This document shows, piece by piece, positions 1 to 8,142 of a stretch of 64,000 nt of DNA; positions within the stretch are counted from its first letter, which is position 1, and each line of letters begins with the position of its first letter. A program made the translations under genes and the position numbers. This DNA comes from a bacterium (GTDB lineage Bacteria > Sysuimicrobiota > Sysuimicrobiia > Sysuimicrobiales > Humicultoraceae), in the NCBI GenBank assembly GCA_031082185.1, contig JAVHLI010000011.1:35735-99734 (forward strand), given 5' to 3'. The notes under the pieces are model-generated. The model searched no databases. It saw nothing but the letters and a program-made list of their open reading frames with translations, and was not told where the DNA came from.

Positions 1-241
1 CAGTCGGCAGCCACTGGTCGTCGATCTCGGCGAACCGGGCTTCGGTCGGCAGGTACTGGTCGTCGATCTCGGCGAACCTAGCTTCGGTCGGCAGGTACTG
101 GTCGTCGATCTCGGCGAACCTGGCCTCGGTGGGCAGGTACTGGTCGTCGGTCTGGGCGAAGCGAGCTTCTGTCGGCAGCCAGTACGCGGATCCCGCGATG
201 AGCGCAACTCCCGTTACCAGGGCAATCAGGGTCTTCTTCAT
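1..241 (-). CDS. Exported tandem-repeat protein (N-terminal part; gene runs off window start)
   Basis: Absent from the ORF track because it has no stop in the window. ATG at 241-239 is preceded by AAGGAGGAAACGAAA. It translates as MKKTLIALVTGVALIAGSAYWLPTEARFAQTDDQYLPTEARFAEIDDQYLPTEARFAEIDDQ..., i.e. a hydrophobic signal-like N-terminus followed by 14-aa repeats. Confidence 0.7.
   Translation of the reverse strand, partial: MKKTLIALVTGVALIAGSAYWLPTEARFAQTDDQYLPTEARFAEIDDQYLPTEARFAEIDDQYLPTEARFAEIDDQWLPT
3..170. repeat. 42-bp tandem repeat, at least 4 copies, in frame with the CDS at 1..241
   Basis: Copies of gtcggcaggtactggtcgtcgatctcggcgaacc-n-gcttcg start at 3, 45, 87 and 129, exactly 42 bp apart, with only a few substitutions per copy. 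The array may continue beyond the window edge. Confidence 0.9.
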
Positions 242-479
242 TTTCGTTTCCTCCTTGAGTTTGTGGTTCTGAATTTCTTCCTGACCCCATTACACTGCTT
301 CCACGCTTTCCGCACATCACACCAATGGCCGGTTGGCGGCTCCGACCTTCGGCGGATGGTATCGGTCGGCAGTAAGATGGGGCTGTGCCGGCGGTGGGGC
401 GGCTTAGCGTCATCGGGTCAGGCCTGTTTCCCCGTGCAGCGAACCGCCGGTTTTGGGCATAGGTGGAGCAGGAGAAGTC

Positions 480-1136
480 ATGGCCCGCATCTTCATCATC
501 GAGGACGACCCCACCATCGCGGACCTGCTGAAGGTCGCCCTGCAGCACGAGGGGCACGAAGTACGCCTGGAGCCACGCGGCGATCTCGCGCCCCTCGATG
601 AAGGGTACGACCTGGTCCTTCTCGACCTGACGCTGCCGGATGTCGACGGGCTCGATCTGGCGCGCCGGATCCGTGGGGCCTACGATCTGCCCATCATCAT
701 GGTGACGGCGCGGGGGGAGGTCCAGGACAAGGTTGCCGGGTTTTCCGTCGGTGCCGACGACTACGTAACGAAGCCCTTCAACTTTGCCGAACTGGCCGCG
801 CGCGTCCGCGCCGTCCTCAAGCGCGCGGGTAGTGTCGTCGGCCGGCTGCAGGTCGGTCCCCTAGTCCTGGATGCGGAGACGCGCCAGGCCTGGTGGCATG
901 AGCGCGCCTTTGACCTGTCGCCTAGGGAGTTCGACCTGCTTACGGCGCTGATGCGTAGGCCGGGGCGCGTCTTCACTCGCGAAGAGCTGCTGGACCGCGT
1001 CTGGGGCTTTGACTTCGAGGGCGAGAGCAACGTTCTGGAAGCAACCATCCGCCGCCTGCGGGAACGGCTCGGCGACAAGGAGCACCGTATCATCGCCACG
1101 GTGCGGGGTGTGGGCTACACGCTGAGGCTGCCATGA
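480..1136 (+). CDS. OmpR/PhoB-family response regulator
   Basis: ORF 453..1136 trimmed to ATG 480, which has GGAGCAGGAG upstream. Receiver motifs IFIIEDD, LVLLDLTLPDVDG and KPF are present, followed by a C-terminal winged helix ending ATVRGVGYTL. Confidence 0.9.
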   Translation: MARIFIIEDDPTIADLLKVALQHEGHEVRLEPRGDLAPLDEGYDLVLLDLTLPDVDGLDLARRIRGAYDLPIIMVTARGEVQDKVAGFSVGADDYVTKPFNFAELAARVRAVLKRAGSVVGRLQVGPLVLDAETRQAWWHERAFDLSPREFDLLTALMRRPGRVFTREELLDRVWGFDFEGESNVLEATIRRLRERLGDKEHRIIATVRGVGYTLRLP

Positions 1137-2515
1137 CGCTACGCTGGAAGATTATGGCAACCTTCGTCCTCATCCTCGGCGTCATCGTGGTAGTGCTGAG
1201 CGCCGCGTATCATAGAGATCTGAACCGGTTCCTGCTCGACCACGCCCAGCGCACGCTGCGTGTCGAGGTCCAGCCCACGCTGGACGCCTATGCCAGCCGT
1301 CTGGCAGCCACGGGTCTGCCACTGGGTCTCCTGGTCCGCGAACTGGCCCGAGACCTGACCACGCCTGCGGCAACCGCGGTCGTGCTCGACGCCGCCGGGC
1401 GTGTCCTGGCGTCCGGCAACATCCTTTCCGAAAACCCTGACCCGTTGCCTCCAGACCCGGATGTGGTTGCGAAGGCAACACAGAGCGGCCGCGCCGTCTC
1501 GGTCGTCCAGCCCACCGGCAACGGGCGTCAGATGACCCTCTACATACCGCTGGCAGTTGCCGTGTCGGCGCCGCAGCGCGTCGCCGGTGTCGTGCAGCTC
1601 AACCGCCCGCTCGCAGACATAGACCGCTCTCTTGTTCTGGTGCGCCGGATTGTTATAGGCGCCGTCGCCGCGGCCCTGCTGGCCGGCAGCGTCCTGGCGC
1701 TCATGCTGGCCCGATACCTATCCGCGCCCCTGGAACGATTGGCAGCCACCTGCCGGGCGATTGCCGCCGGCGAGTGGGGGCGGCGCTCGGAGCTATCCCA
1801 TGGTCGCGACGAGGTAGGACGGTTGGCGGCGTCCTTCGATGAGATGGTCCAGCGCCTGGAGGGGGCGTTTGCCATGCAGCATCGCTTCGCCGCCGACGCC
1901 GCTCACCAGATTAGGACGCCGCTAACCGCTTTGAGCGGCCATCTGGAGCTGCTGGAGCGAGGCGTCATTGCAGATCCTGAACGGGTCCGAGCCTCCTACC
2001 AGACCATGCGGCAGCAGATGGAGCGGCTTGACCTCTTGGTGCGAAAGCTCGTGACACTGGCCGTTTTGGACGCAGGTGTCCCGATGCGGCGGCTCCGCAT
2101 CGATCTGGGGGCGCTGGCCCGAGCGGTCGCGGGCGACTTCGGTTCCGTTGCCGGCCAGCGGCTGCGGGTCGTGCACCACGGTGCGGCGTGGGCAGAGGCC
2201 GACCAAGATCAGCTCCGCGAGGCGCTGAGCAACCTGGTGGACAACGCCATCAAGCACGCGGGTCCCGAGGCCACCGTCACCATCGAGGCCTGCCCCGGGC
2301 GTCTCTCAGTGCGGGACGACGGGCCCGGGATCCCGCCGGAGCGGCTGGAGCGCATCTTCGACCGATTCTACCGACATTCGCGCACGTGGGAGGGATCCGG
2401 GTTAGGTCTGGCCATCGTGCGTAGCATCGTGGATGCGCACGGCGGAAGGGTCTGGGCGGAGAGCGCGCCCGGCCGAGGGACTGCGTTTCACGTCGAACTG
2501 CCCGTTGAACCGTAA
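1133..2515 (+). CDS. Sensor histidine kinase (TM-HAMP-HisKA-HATPase_c)
   Basis: ATGA overlap with the regulator. Motifs seen: H-box AHQIRTPLTAL, N-box NLVDNAIKH, G-boxes RDDGPGIP and GSGLGLAIV. Confidence 0.9.
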   Translation: MTLRWKIMATFVLILGVIVVVLSAAYHRDLNRFLLDHAQRTLRVEVQPTLDAYASRLAATGLPLGLLVRELARDLTTPAATAVVLDAAGRVLASGNILSENPDPLPPDPDVVAKATQSGRAVSVVQPTGNGRQMTLYIPLAVAVSAPQRVAGVVQLNRPLADIDRSLVLVRRIVIGAVAAALLAGSVLALMLARYLSAPLERLAATCRAIAAGEWGRRSELSHGRDEVGRLAASFDEMVQRLEGAFAMQHRFAADAAHQIRTPLTALSGHLELLERGVIADPERVRASYQTMRQQMERLDLLVRKLVTLAVLDAGVPMRRLRIDLGALARAVAGDFGSVAGQRLRVVHHGAAWAEADQDQLREALSNLVDNAIKHAGPEATVTIEACPGRLSVRDDGPGIPPERLERIFDRFYRHSRTWEGSGLGLAIVRSIVDAHGGRVWAESAPGRGTAFHVELPVEP

Positions 2516-2584
2516 TCTTCCCGTCATCTTTCGTCATGCCGTGGTCAGCACGGCATGTTACCGTCCTGATCGGAGGGTTAGGTC

Positions 2585-3016
2585 ATGCATCGGATTGTAA
2601 TCGGGTTATGCATTGTTGCGATTGCCCTGGCAGGCCTAGGGGCCGCCGGCGTAGGGGCATCCTACGCGTCGCAGGGCGGGTCGCCTTCGGATGGAGCCGT
2701 AATCAACACCTCACAGGGCCCATCCGGCCCACAAGGACCTTCTGGCCCGCAGGGTCCGTCCAGGGCTGAGCAGGACGGGCAGCGGGCGGAGAGGGAGCTG
2801 CGCCAGGCGAAGGAGCGGTTACCCGACATGGCGACCTTAGCCCGCACCAACGAGGACACCCGGGTGCTGTTCACCATGGCGCGCCGCAACCTCGCGGTGG
2901 CCGAGGCGCACTTTGAGGCCGGCCGGTATTACCAGGCCGCGGAAGTTGCCGTTGCGGTGGTCAAGATGTCCGAAGCCATCCGTCACCTATATTGGGCTCA
3001 GGCACGACCCAACTAG
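2585..3016 (+). CDS. Membrane-anchored or exported hypothetical protein with a short GPSGPQ triplet repeat
   Basis: GGAGGG lies 7 nt upstream of the ATG. The N-terminus is hydrophobic (IVIGLCIVAIALAGLGAAGVGA), followed by GPSGPQGPSGPQGPS and a helical C-terminal half. No family recognised. Confidence 0.55.
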   Translation: MHRIVIGLCIVAIALAGLGAAGVGASYASQGGSPSDGAVINTSQGPSGPQGPSGPQGPSRAEQDGQRAERELRQAKERLPDMATLARTNEDTRVLFTMARRNLAVAEAHFEAGRYYQAAEVAVAVVKMSEAIRHLYWAQARPN

Positions 3017-3071
3017 GCAGTCCATGCAGCACAGCAGTCTGTACAATCTGCACAAAGGGAGGAATGGAACG

Positions 3072-3569
3072 ATGTTCCGAATAGGCACAATCGCAGGCGT
3101 GCTGGCAGTTGCGTTCATTGCGGTACTCCCAGGCCAGATCATGGCGAACCAGATGACTGACCCTGGGGTAGCGTTGCAGAACCAGCTCCAGCAGGCCGAC
3201 GGGCTAATCGCGCTTATCCGAACCGCCGTTCAGAGCGGTGATCCGGCGCTCGTGCGCATGCGCGTCCAGCAGTACGTAGCTGCGATGCACCAGATAATGA
3301 ACCAGGTGCGCGCCATGCAGCGATCCGAGAATGAAGACAACGCGGTCAGGACCGTCTACCGGGCGACACACAGGCACATGGAGGCCCTGGGGATTGTCAG
3401 GAGAGAGGCGGCCGGTGAGGCTCACGGCGCCCTCGAGAGGGCGATGGAGATGTTGAGGATTTGTCAAAGGATCACAGCGGAGGCCATGAAGAGAGTTGGC
3501 GAGGGCAACCCGGACAAACCCTCCGGTGCGCCGGGCGGCCCTTCGGAAGGGGCGCCTCGAGGCAGGTAG
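3072..3569 (+). CDS. Exported alpha-helical hypothetical protein
   Basis: ORF 2913..3569 trimmed to ATG 3072, which has GGGAGG upstream. The N-terminus MFRIGTIAGVLAVAFIAVLPG is signal-like. No family recognised. Confidence 0.55.
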   Translation: MFRIGTIAGVLAVAFIAVLPGQIMANQMTDPGVALQNQLQQADGLIALIRTAVQSGDPALVRMRVQQYVAAMHQIMNQVRAMQRSENEDNAVRTVYRATHRHMEALGIVRREAAGEAHGALERAMEMLRICQRITAEAMKRVGEGNPDKPSGAPGGPSEGAPRGR

Positions 3570-3603
3570 TAGCGTTAGCCAGCATTATTGCATAGGCGCA
3601 CAA

Positions 3604-3634
3604 GAGGGGCGCGGGGGTTGAGCCTGCGCCCCTC
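3604..3634 (+). terminator. Candidate terminator hairpin
   Basis: A perfect 9-bp stem, GAGGGGCGC (3604-3612) pairing with GCGCCCCTC (3626-3634), with a 13-nt loop, lies 35 nt after the stop at 3569. The trailing T-tract is weak (ctgctgctt). Confidence 0.3.
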
Positions 3635-3796
3635 CTGCTGCTTACCGGAGCATTGCTTGGACCGCCCAAACTCCTCACCTAAGCTTCACATTCGCCTTAC
3701 GCGCTCTTCATCCACCGGTTCTACTCTTATCCTTGAACAACACGCCCGCCGGGCCCGACCAGAGGGCCCGGAACGGGCAACGAGGAGGGAAGAGCG

Positions 3797-4282
3797 ATGA
3801 GAACGATGTTGACAGCCGCCGGGGTCGTCCTGGCGCTGCTGGTTGTGTCGGTAGCCCCTGCCATCGCCGCTGGGCCCAGGTGGGGGACCGGTCCGGGTGC
3901 CGGCGTAGCGACGACGATTCCCGCCGACGTCCACAAGGCAATTGAGACGGCCACGCAAGCGGCCGCGGCCAGGGTTCTGAAGATGACCCAGGCCGACCTT
4001 GCCAAGGAACGGGCCGCCGGCAAGACCTTGGCGTATCTGGCAGGGGCCAAGAACGTGCCGCTGCAGACCGTACAGACGGCCGTGGTCAACGCCCGAAAGT
4101 TCGCGGTCAACCAGGCGCTGGCCTCGGGCAAGATCACCAAGGCCCAGGCAGACGCGCTACTACAGGCCGGTCCCCGCTTTGGGATGGGCAACCGGTCAGG
4201 CGCAAGCCAGCAGCACGACGATTGTTCGCAAGGCGGCCAGATGCGGGACGGCAGGGGGCACCGGTCCGGCACGGGGCGCTGA
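3797..4282 (+). CDS. Exported hypothetical protein
   Basis: GAGGAGGG upstream. Signal-like MRTMLTAAGVVLALLVVSVAPAIAA. Helical body with the ITKAQ and MTQAD motifs, and a Gly/Arg-rich tail. Confidence 0.55.
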   Translation: MRTMLTAAGVVLALLVVSVAPAIAAGPRWGTGPGAGVATTIPADVHKAIETATQAAAARVLKMTQADLAKERAAGKTLAYLAGAKNVPLQTVQTAVVNARKFAVNQALASGKITKAQADALLQAGPRFGMGNRSGASQQHDDCSQGGQMRDGRGHRSGTGR

Positions 4283-4378
4283 CCCCGAGCCGCACCGCCC
4301 GGCGGGGCGGACCGCCTCTGTCCCGCCGGGGCAATCCTTGCAGCAAACATACCGAGACTTACTGAAAGCAGAGGAGGC

Positions 4379-4888
4379 ATGATCGTGAGCACAACTCGTG
4401 CAAGGACCCGATGGCAGCAGCGGTTGGGTGGATTTGTACTGGCTCTGGCGCTGATTGCAGGCATCGCGGCCGCCGCAACGGCCGCCGCTGCACCCATAAG
4501 CGCCGTGGCCCGCCAGGTCCTCACCGACGCCGCAACATCCGAGTACAAAGCGCTGGCAATCTACCAGGCGATTGTCAAGAAGGTCGCCAACAAGAAGCCG
4601 TTCTCCAGCTGGGTGCGCTGCGTCCCTGAGTACATTGACGCGAATCTGAAGCCCCTCTTCGACAATTACGGTTTGGTCATGCCCCCGGTGCCTGACCCAG
4701 CCAAGGTTGCGGCCCCCGCATCGTTCAGGGATGCCTGCCGCCTGGCAAGTAAGATCGAGAACGAGAAGGTGGCGATGTACGAGCAACTCCTCAAGACCGT
4801 CAAGGAGGCCGACATCGTCGCGGCCTTGACCGTGATGCGAGATGAGGCCAAGCAGCGGTTGGATGGTGTGCTCGAGCACTGCAAGTAG
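4379..4888 (+). CDS. Exported ferritin-like protein (DUF2202-like, assigned from memory of the family pattern)
   Basis: GAGGAGG upstream and a TM/signal segment. The pattern SEYKALAIYQAI...KPFSSW...PEYIDANLKPLFDNYGL...IENEKVAMYEQLL...MRDEAKQRL resembles the DUF2202 four-helix layout, but the usual His ligands are not evident. Confidence 0.45.
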   Translation: MIVSTTRARTRWQQRLGGFVLALALIAGIAAAATAAAAPISAVARQVLTDAATSEYKALAIYQAIVKKVANKKPFSSWVRCVPEYIDANLKPLFDNYGLVMPPVPDPAKVAAPASFRDACRLASKIENEKVAMYEQLLKTVKEADIVAALTVMRDEAKQRLDGVLEHCK

Positions 4889-4937
4889 CAGCCGCACACG
4901 GGGCGGACGGTCATCCCGGCTGGAAGGGAGCACCGAG

Positions 4938-5843
4938 ATGGGAGTGCAACTCGGAGCAGTCAAGCGCAGGCCCAAGGGTCCCGCCGCCTACTGGAATGTT
5001 CAAAACGCCCGGCATCTCGTGCAGGCGGGGTTCCTGGCGACGGTCGTCAACATGGCGGTCCAGCGAGCGCTGGCAGCAGGGGGCGCCTTCGCCTCCACAC
5101 CTCCGCCCGAAGCCTACTGCCCCTTCGGCGGGATCGAGACACTCTACAGGTGGGTGACCACAGGCAAGTACATCAATCATGCCGCCCCATCCAACCTGAT
5201 CGTACTGGGCGCCGTGCTGCTTGGATCTCTGGCCCTCAAGTCCTCGTTTTGTGGCTGGATCTGTCCCTTCGGGACGCTCCAGGAGGCGCTGACCGGCATA
5301 ACACGGTTCTTCGAGCGTCGTTTCAGGCCGGTGGCCAGACTTGCGAAGACCCTCAAGGCGCATACCAGGGGCCTTGAGGCGGTTGACCGCTATCTTCGGT
5401 GGGGCAAGTACCTGGTGCTCGCCTACTTCCTCTACGGCACGATCGTGGCTGCGCGCATGGTCTTCCGGCCGTACGATCCCTACATCACGGCCCTGAACAT
5501 CAACGAAGCAACCCTCGGCCCCGGCCTGATCATCCTGATCTCCACTGTGGTCCTTTCGTTCTTCATGGAGCGGCCTTGGTGCAAGTACCTGTGCCCGCTC
5601 TCCCCGATCGTCGGGCTGGTGGGCAAACTGGCGCCGGTGAAGATCGAGCGCACCGGCACTTACTGCAAGGATTGTTCCATCTGTGGTGTCACGTGCCCGA
5701 TGAACCTGCCCTTGGCGACGGCGACCCGGGTTACGGCCGTGGACTGCAACGACTGCCTGAAGTGCGTGGGCGCCTGTCCGCGTGCTGGCGCGCTGGACCT
5801 CGTCCTGCGCTGGCCGTGGGCAAAGCCGGCGGTCTTGCAGTAG
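4938..5843 (+). CDS. Membrane-bound 4Fe-4S polyferredoxin (NapH/MauN-like)
   Basis: ORF 4842..5843 trimmed to ATG 4938, which has GGAAGGGAG upstream. It has TM segments plus CGWICPFGTLQE, CKYLCPLSP, CKDCSICGVTCP and CNDCLKCVGACP. Confidence 0.75.
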   Translation: MGVQLGAVKRRPKGPAAYWNVQNARHLVQAGFLATVVNMAVQRALAAGGAFASTPPPEAYCPFGGIETLYRWVTTGKYINHAAPSNLIVLGAVLLGSLALKSSFCGWICPFGTLQEALTGITRFFERRFRPVARLAKTLKAHTRGLEAVDRYLRWGKYLVLAYFLYGTIVAARMVFRPYDPYITALNINEATLGPGLIILISTVVLSFFMERPWCKYLCPLSPIVGLVGKLAPVKIERTGTYCKDCSICGVTCPMNLPLATATRVTAVDCNDCLKCVGACPRAGALDLVLRWPWAKPAVLQ

Positions 5844-5868
5844 TGACGAGGAAGGGAGCGAGGATACT

Positions 5869-6219
5869 ATGCGTCTGAACCCGTACATTTACGGAATCCT
5901 GGCGGTGGTTCTGTTCCTGGGGGTCATCTACGGCGCCAAGGCGGGCGGGTTGTGGAGCACCAGCCGCAGGGCCGCCGGCCCCAGCAGGCAGATCGCGGTA
6001 GAAGTGAATTCAATGAACGCAGACGACGTCAGGGGGTCGATGACATTTGCCGAGGTCTCGAGGGCCTTTCGTATCCCGGTCGCCGATATCTATGCCGCGT
6101 TCAATCTGCCCGCTGACACGCCGCCATCCAAGCAGCTCAAGGACGTATTGCGCGCCAACAAGATAGAGGTTGACGAACTGCGCGACTGGCTGAAGAAGCG
6201 GGGGACCGGCGCGAAGTAG
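5869..6219 (+). CDS. Small single-pass membrane protein, unknown function
   Basis: ORF 5782..6219 trimmed to ATG 5869, which has GAAGGGAG upstream. N-terminal TM segment YIYGILAVVLFLGVIYGA. It sits directly downstream of the polyferredoxin. Confidence 0.5.
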   Translation: MRLNPYIYGILAVVLFLGVIYGAKAGGLWSTSRRAAGPSRQIAVEVNSMNADDVRGSMTFAEVSRAFRIPVADIYAAFNLPADTPPSKQLKDVLRANKIEVDELRDWLKKRGTGAK

Positions 6220-6274
6220 CGCAGGGGCAAGCCGCAAGACAGAACGCACCGTGTAGGAGGGCGGGGGAGCCGCG

Positions 6275-7066
6275 TCAGTCTGGAATCAGCAGCCGGCGCA
6301 GCTCGTCCAGATCCCGCACGTGCAGGTCCGGATGGACGCCCGGCTGTGGGCCGCCGACGCCTGTCCCGACGAGCACCGTGCGCAGGCCGACACGCATCCC
6401 TCCGGCCACGTCGGAATCGAGCGAGTCGCCCACCATCACGGTCTCCGAGGCGTGGATCCCGAAGTGCCTGATGGCTTCCGTGAAGAAGAACGCCGACGGC
6501 TTACCCACGACCTCAGGCTGCGTTCCCGATGCGGCCGTGAGCGCCGCGACGATGGCTCCCACGCCGGGCACGAAGACCCCGTTCGTCGAGGGCACCCGGC
6601 GGTCGAGATTCAAGGCCAGGAGCGCCGCGCCTTGATCGAGTGCCCGGACCGCCGTCGCCAGGTCGCCGTAGGTCATGCGTGGGTCGCGCCCGACGATCAC
6701 GACGCGTGCCGCCATGGGATCTTTGACCACAGGCACGTTCGCCTGTTTGAGCACCGCACGCACGGCGTCGGTGCCGAGAACCAGCACCGGCGGCCGGTCG
6801 CGGAGGCGCGGATGCCTGGGAAGGACGCTGAGCGGCCCCATGACCGCCTCCGGGTTGGTCTTGATCCCGGCCTCGCTCAGCCTGACGGACAGGGCAGACG
6901 CCGTCGCGCCGGAGACGTTCGAGAGGAAGAATACGCCGCGGCCCGCCGTCCGCAGCGCGGAGATGAGCGCGACCGCTCCTGGAGCCGGCAACCCGCCGTA
7001 CCAGATGCATCCGTCGAGGTCGAACATGAACTGCCGGACCCCGTCAAGCGCGACGGTGCTCACCAT
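6275..7066 (-). CDS. HAD-superfamily hydrolase, subfamily IIA (NagD-like phosphatase)
   Basis: Motif I FMFDLDGCIW and the C-terminal motif VGDSLDSDV are present. The start overlaps the stop of the ABC ATPase gene. Confidence 0.8.
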   Translation of the reverse strand: MVSTVALDGVRQFMFDLDGCIWYGGLPAPGAVALISALRTAGRGVFFLSNVSGATASALSVRLSEAGIKTNPEAVMGPLSVLPRHPRLRDRPPVLVLGTDAVRAVLKQANVPVVKDPMAARVVIVGRDPRMTYGDLATAVRALDQGAALLALNLDRRVPSTNGVFVPGVGAIVAALTAASGTQPEVVGKPSAFFFTEAIRHFGIHASETVMVGDSLDSDVAGGMRVGLRTVLVGTGVGGPQPGVHPDLHVRDLDELRRLLIPD

Positions 7067-8142
7067 GCCATCCTCTCGCCGGTGCCCGCATCAAAGAAGT
7101 GGAAGTGCTCGCCGACAAACGCGATGTGGACTTCCTGGTCCGAGCTCACCCGGATGCGCCGCTCGGTCCGCACGGTCAACTGGACACCGTTGGAACGCAC
7201 CTGCAGGAACTGATCCGGCCCGGCCGAGAGATCGGCGTACACGCGGAAGGGCACCGCCCCCGGCATCGCGTTCTCAAAGACCCGGCAATCCTCGGGACGG
7301 ACGGCGAGCAGATAGCGCCCAGGCCGCTGTATCGGGCCGTTCGAGGAAAGGGCAAAGGCGCCCGGTACGGTCACGGTCCCCTGCTCGGTCACCTCCACGT
7401 CGAGGAAGTTCATCACTGGGTTGGCCGTGAACTCGGCGACGAACCGCGTCGCCGGCGAGCGGTACACGACATCGGGCTCGTCGTACTGCAGGACGTGGCC
7501 GTGGTCCATGACGGCGACCTTCGTGGACAGCGTGAGCGCCTCGATCTGGTCGTGCGTCACGTAGACGACGGTCATGCCCAGGTCGTGGTGCAGGCGCTTG
7601 AGCTCGGCGCGCATCTCCAGCCGGAGTTTGGCGTCGAGGTTGGAGAGCGGCTCGTCGAGCAGCAGGATGGCAGGTTCCACGGCGATCATGCGGGCGATTG
7701 CCACGCGCTGCTGCTGCCCGCCCGACAGCTCAGAGGGGTAGCGTCCCTCCATCCCGTGGAGGCGGACGCGCTCAAGGGCCTCTCGGACGCGCCGCGCGAG
7801 ATCGTTCCCGCGCGCTCCGCGATGGGCAAGGCCCAGCGCGATGTTCTGGAAGACCGTCATATGGGGCCACAGCGCGTAAGACTGGAAGACGAGCCCCAGG
7901 CTTCGCCCCCCGGGCGGCACGTTGATCATCTCGGCGGACGAGAACACAGGGCGATCGTCCATCCGGATCTCACCGGCGTTGGCTTCCTCGAGCCCGGCGA
8001 TCATGCGCAGCATGGTTGTCTTGCCGCAACCCGACGGGCCCAGGAGGGTGGTGAACCCTCCGGAGTCAAACTCCAGCGTCACGTCGTCAACCGCGGTGAC
8101 GGATCCCCAGCGCTTGGTCAGGTTTCGAACCGCGATCCTCAT
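7060..8142 (-). CDS. ABC importer ATP-binding protein (MalK/PotA/FbpC-like, with a C-terminal regulatory domain)
   Basis: Walker A GPSGCGKTT, signature LSGGQQQRVAIARM, Walker B LLLDEPLSNLD. Confidence 0.9.
   Translation of the reverse strand: MRIAVRNLTKRWGSVTAVDDVTLEFDSGGFTTLLGPSGCGKTTMLRMIAGLEEANAGEIRMDDRPVFSSAEMINVPPGGRSLGLVFQSYALWPHMTVFQNIALGLAHRGARGNDLARRVREALERVRLHGMEGRYPSELSGGQQQRVAIARMIAVEPAILLLDEPLSNLDAKLRLEMRAELKRLHHDLGMTVVYVTHDQIEALTLSTKVAVMDHGHVLQYDEPDVVYRSPATRFVAEFTANPVMNFLDVEVTEQGTVTVPGAFALSSNGPIQRPGRYLLAVRPEDCRVFENAMPGAVPFRVYADLSAGPDQFLQVRSNGVQLTVRTERRIRVSSDQEVHIAFVGEHFHFFDAGTGERMAW

Noticed and set aside
3-170. Possible CRISPR array, suggested by the regularly spaced repeats
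   Set aside because: The repeats are contiguous with no spacers, have a 42-bp period, are in frame with an SD-preceded ORF, and have no cas genes nearby. This is a coding tandem repeat.
78-557. A 159-aa minus-strand ORF spanning the repeat region and the regulator start
   Set aside because: It is in the wrong frame relative to the SD-preceded ATG at 241 and it overlaps the response-regulator start. The repeat translates into a sensible signal peptide plus a 14-aa repeat only in the frame that starts at 241.
3727-4975. Minus-strand ORFs of 273 aa and 259 aa (3727..4548, 4196..4975)
   Set aside because: They are antisense to two plus-strand genes that have SD sites and signal peptides. Their composition is typical of GC-driven shadow ORFs.
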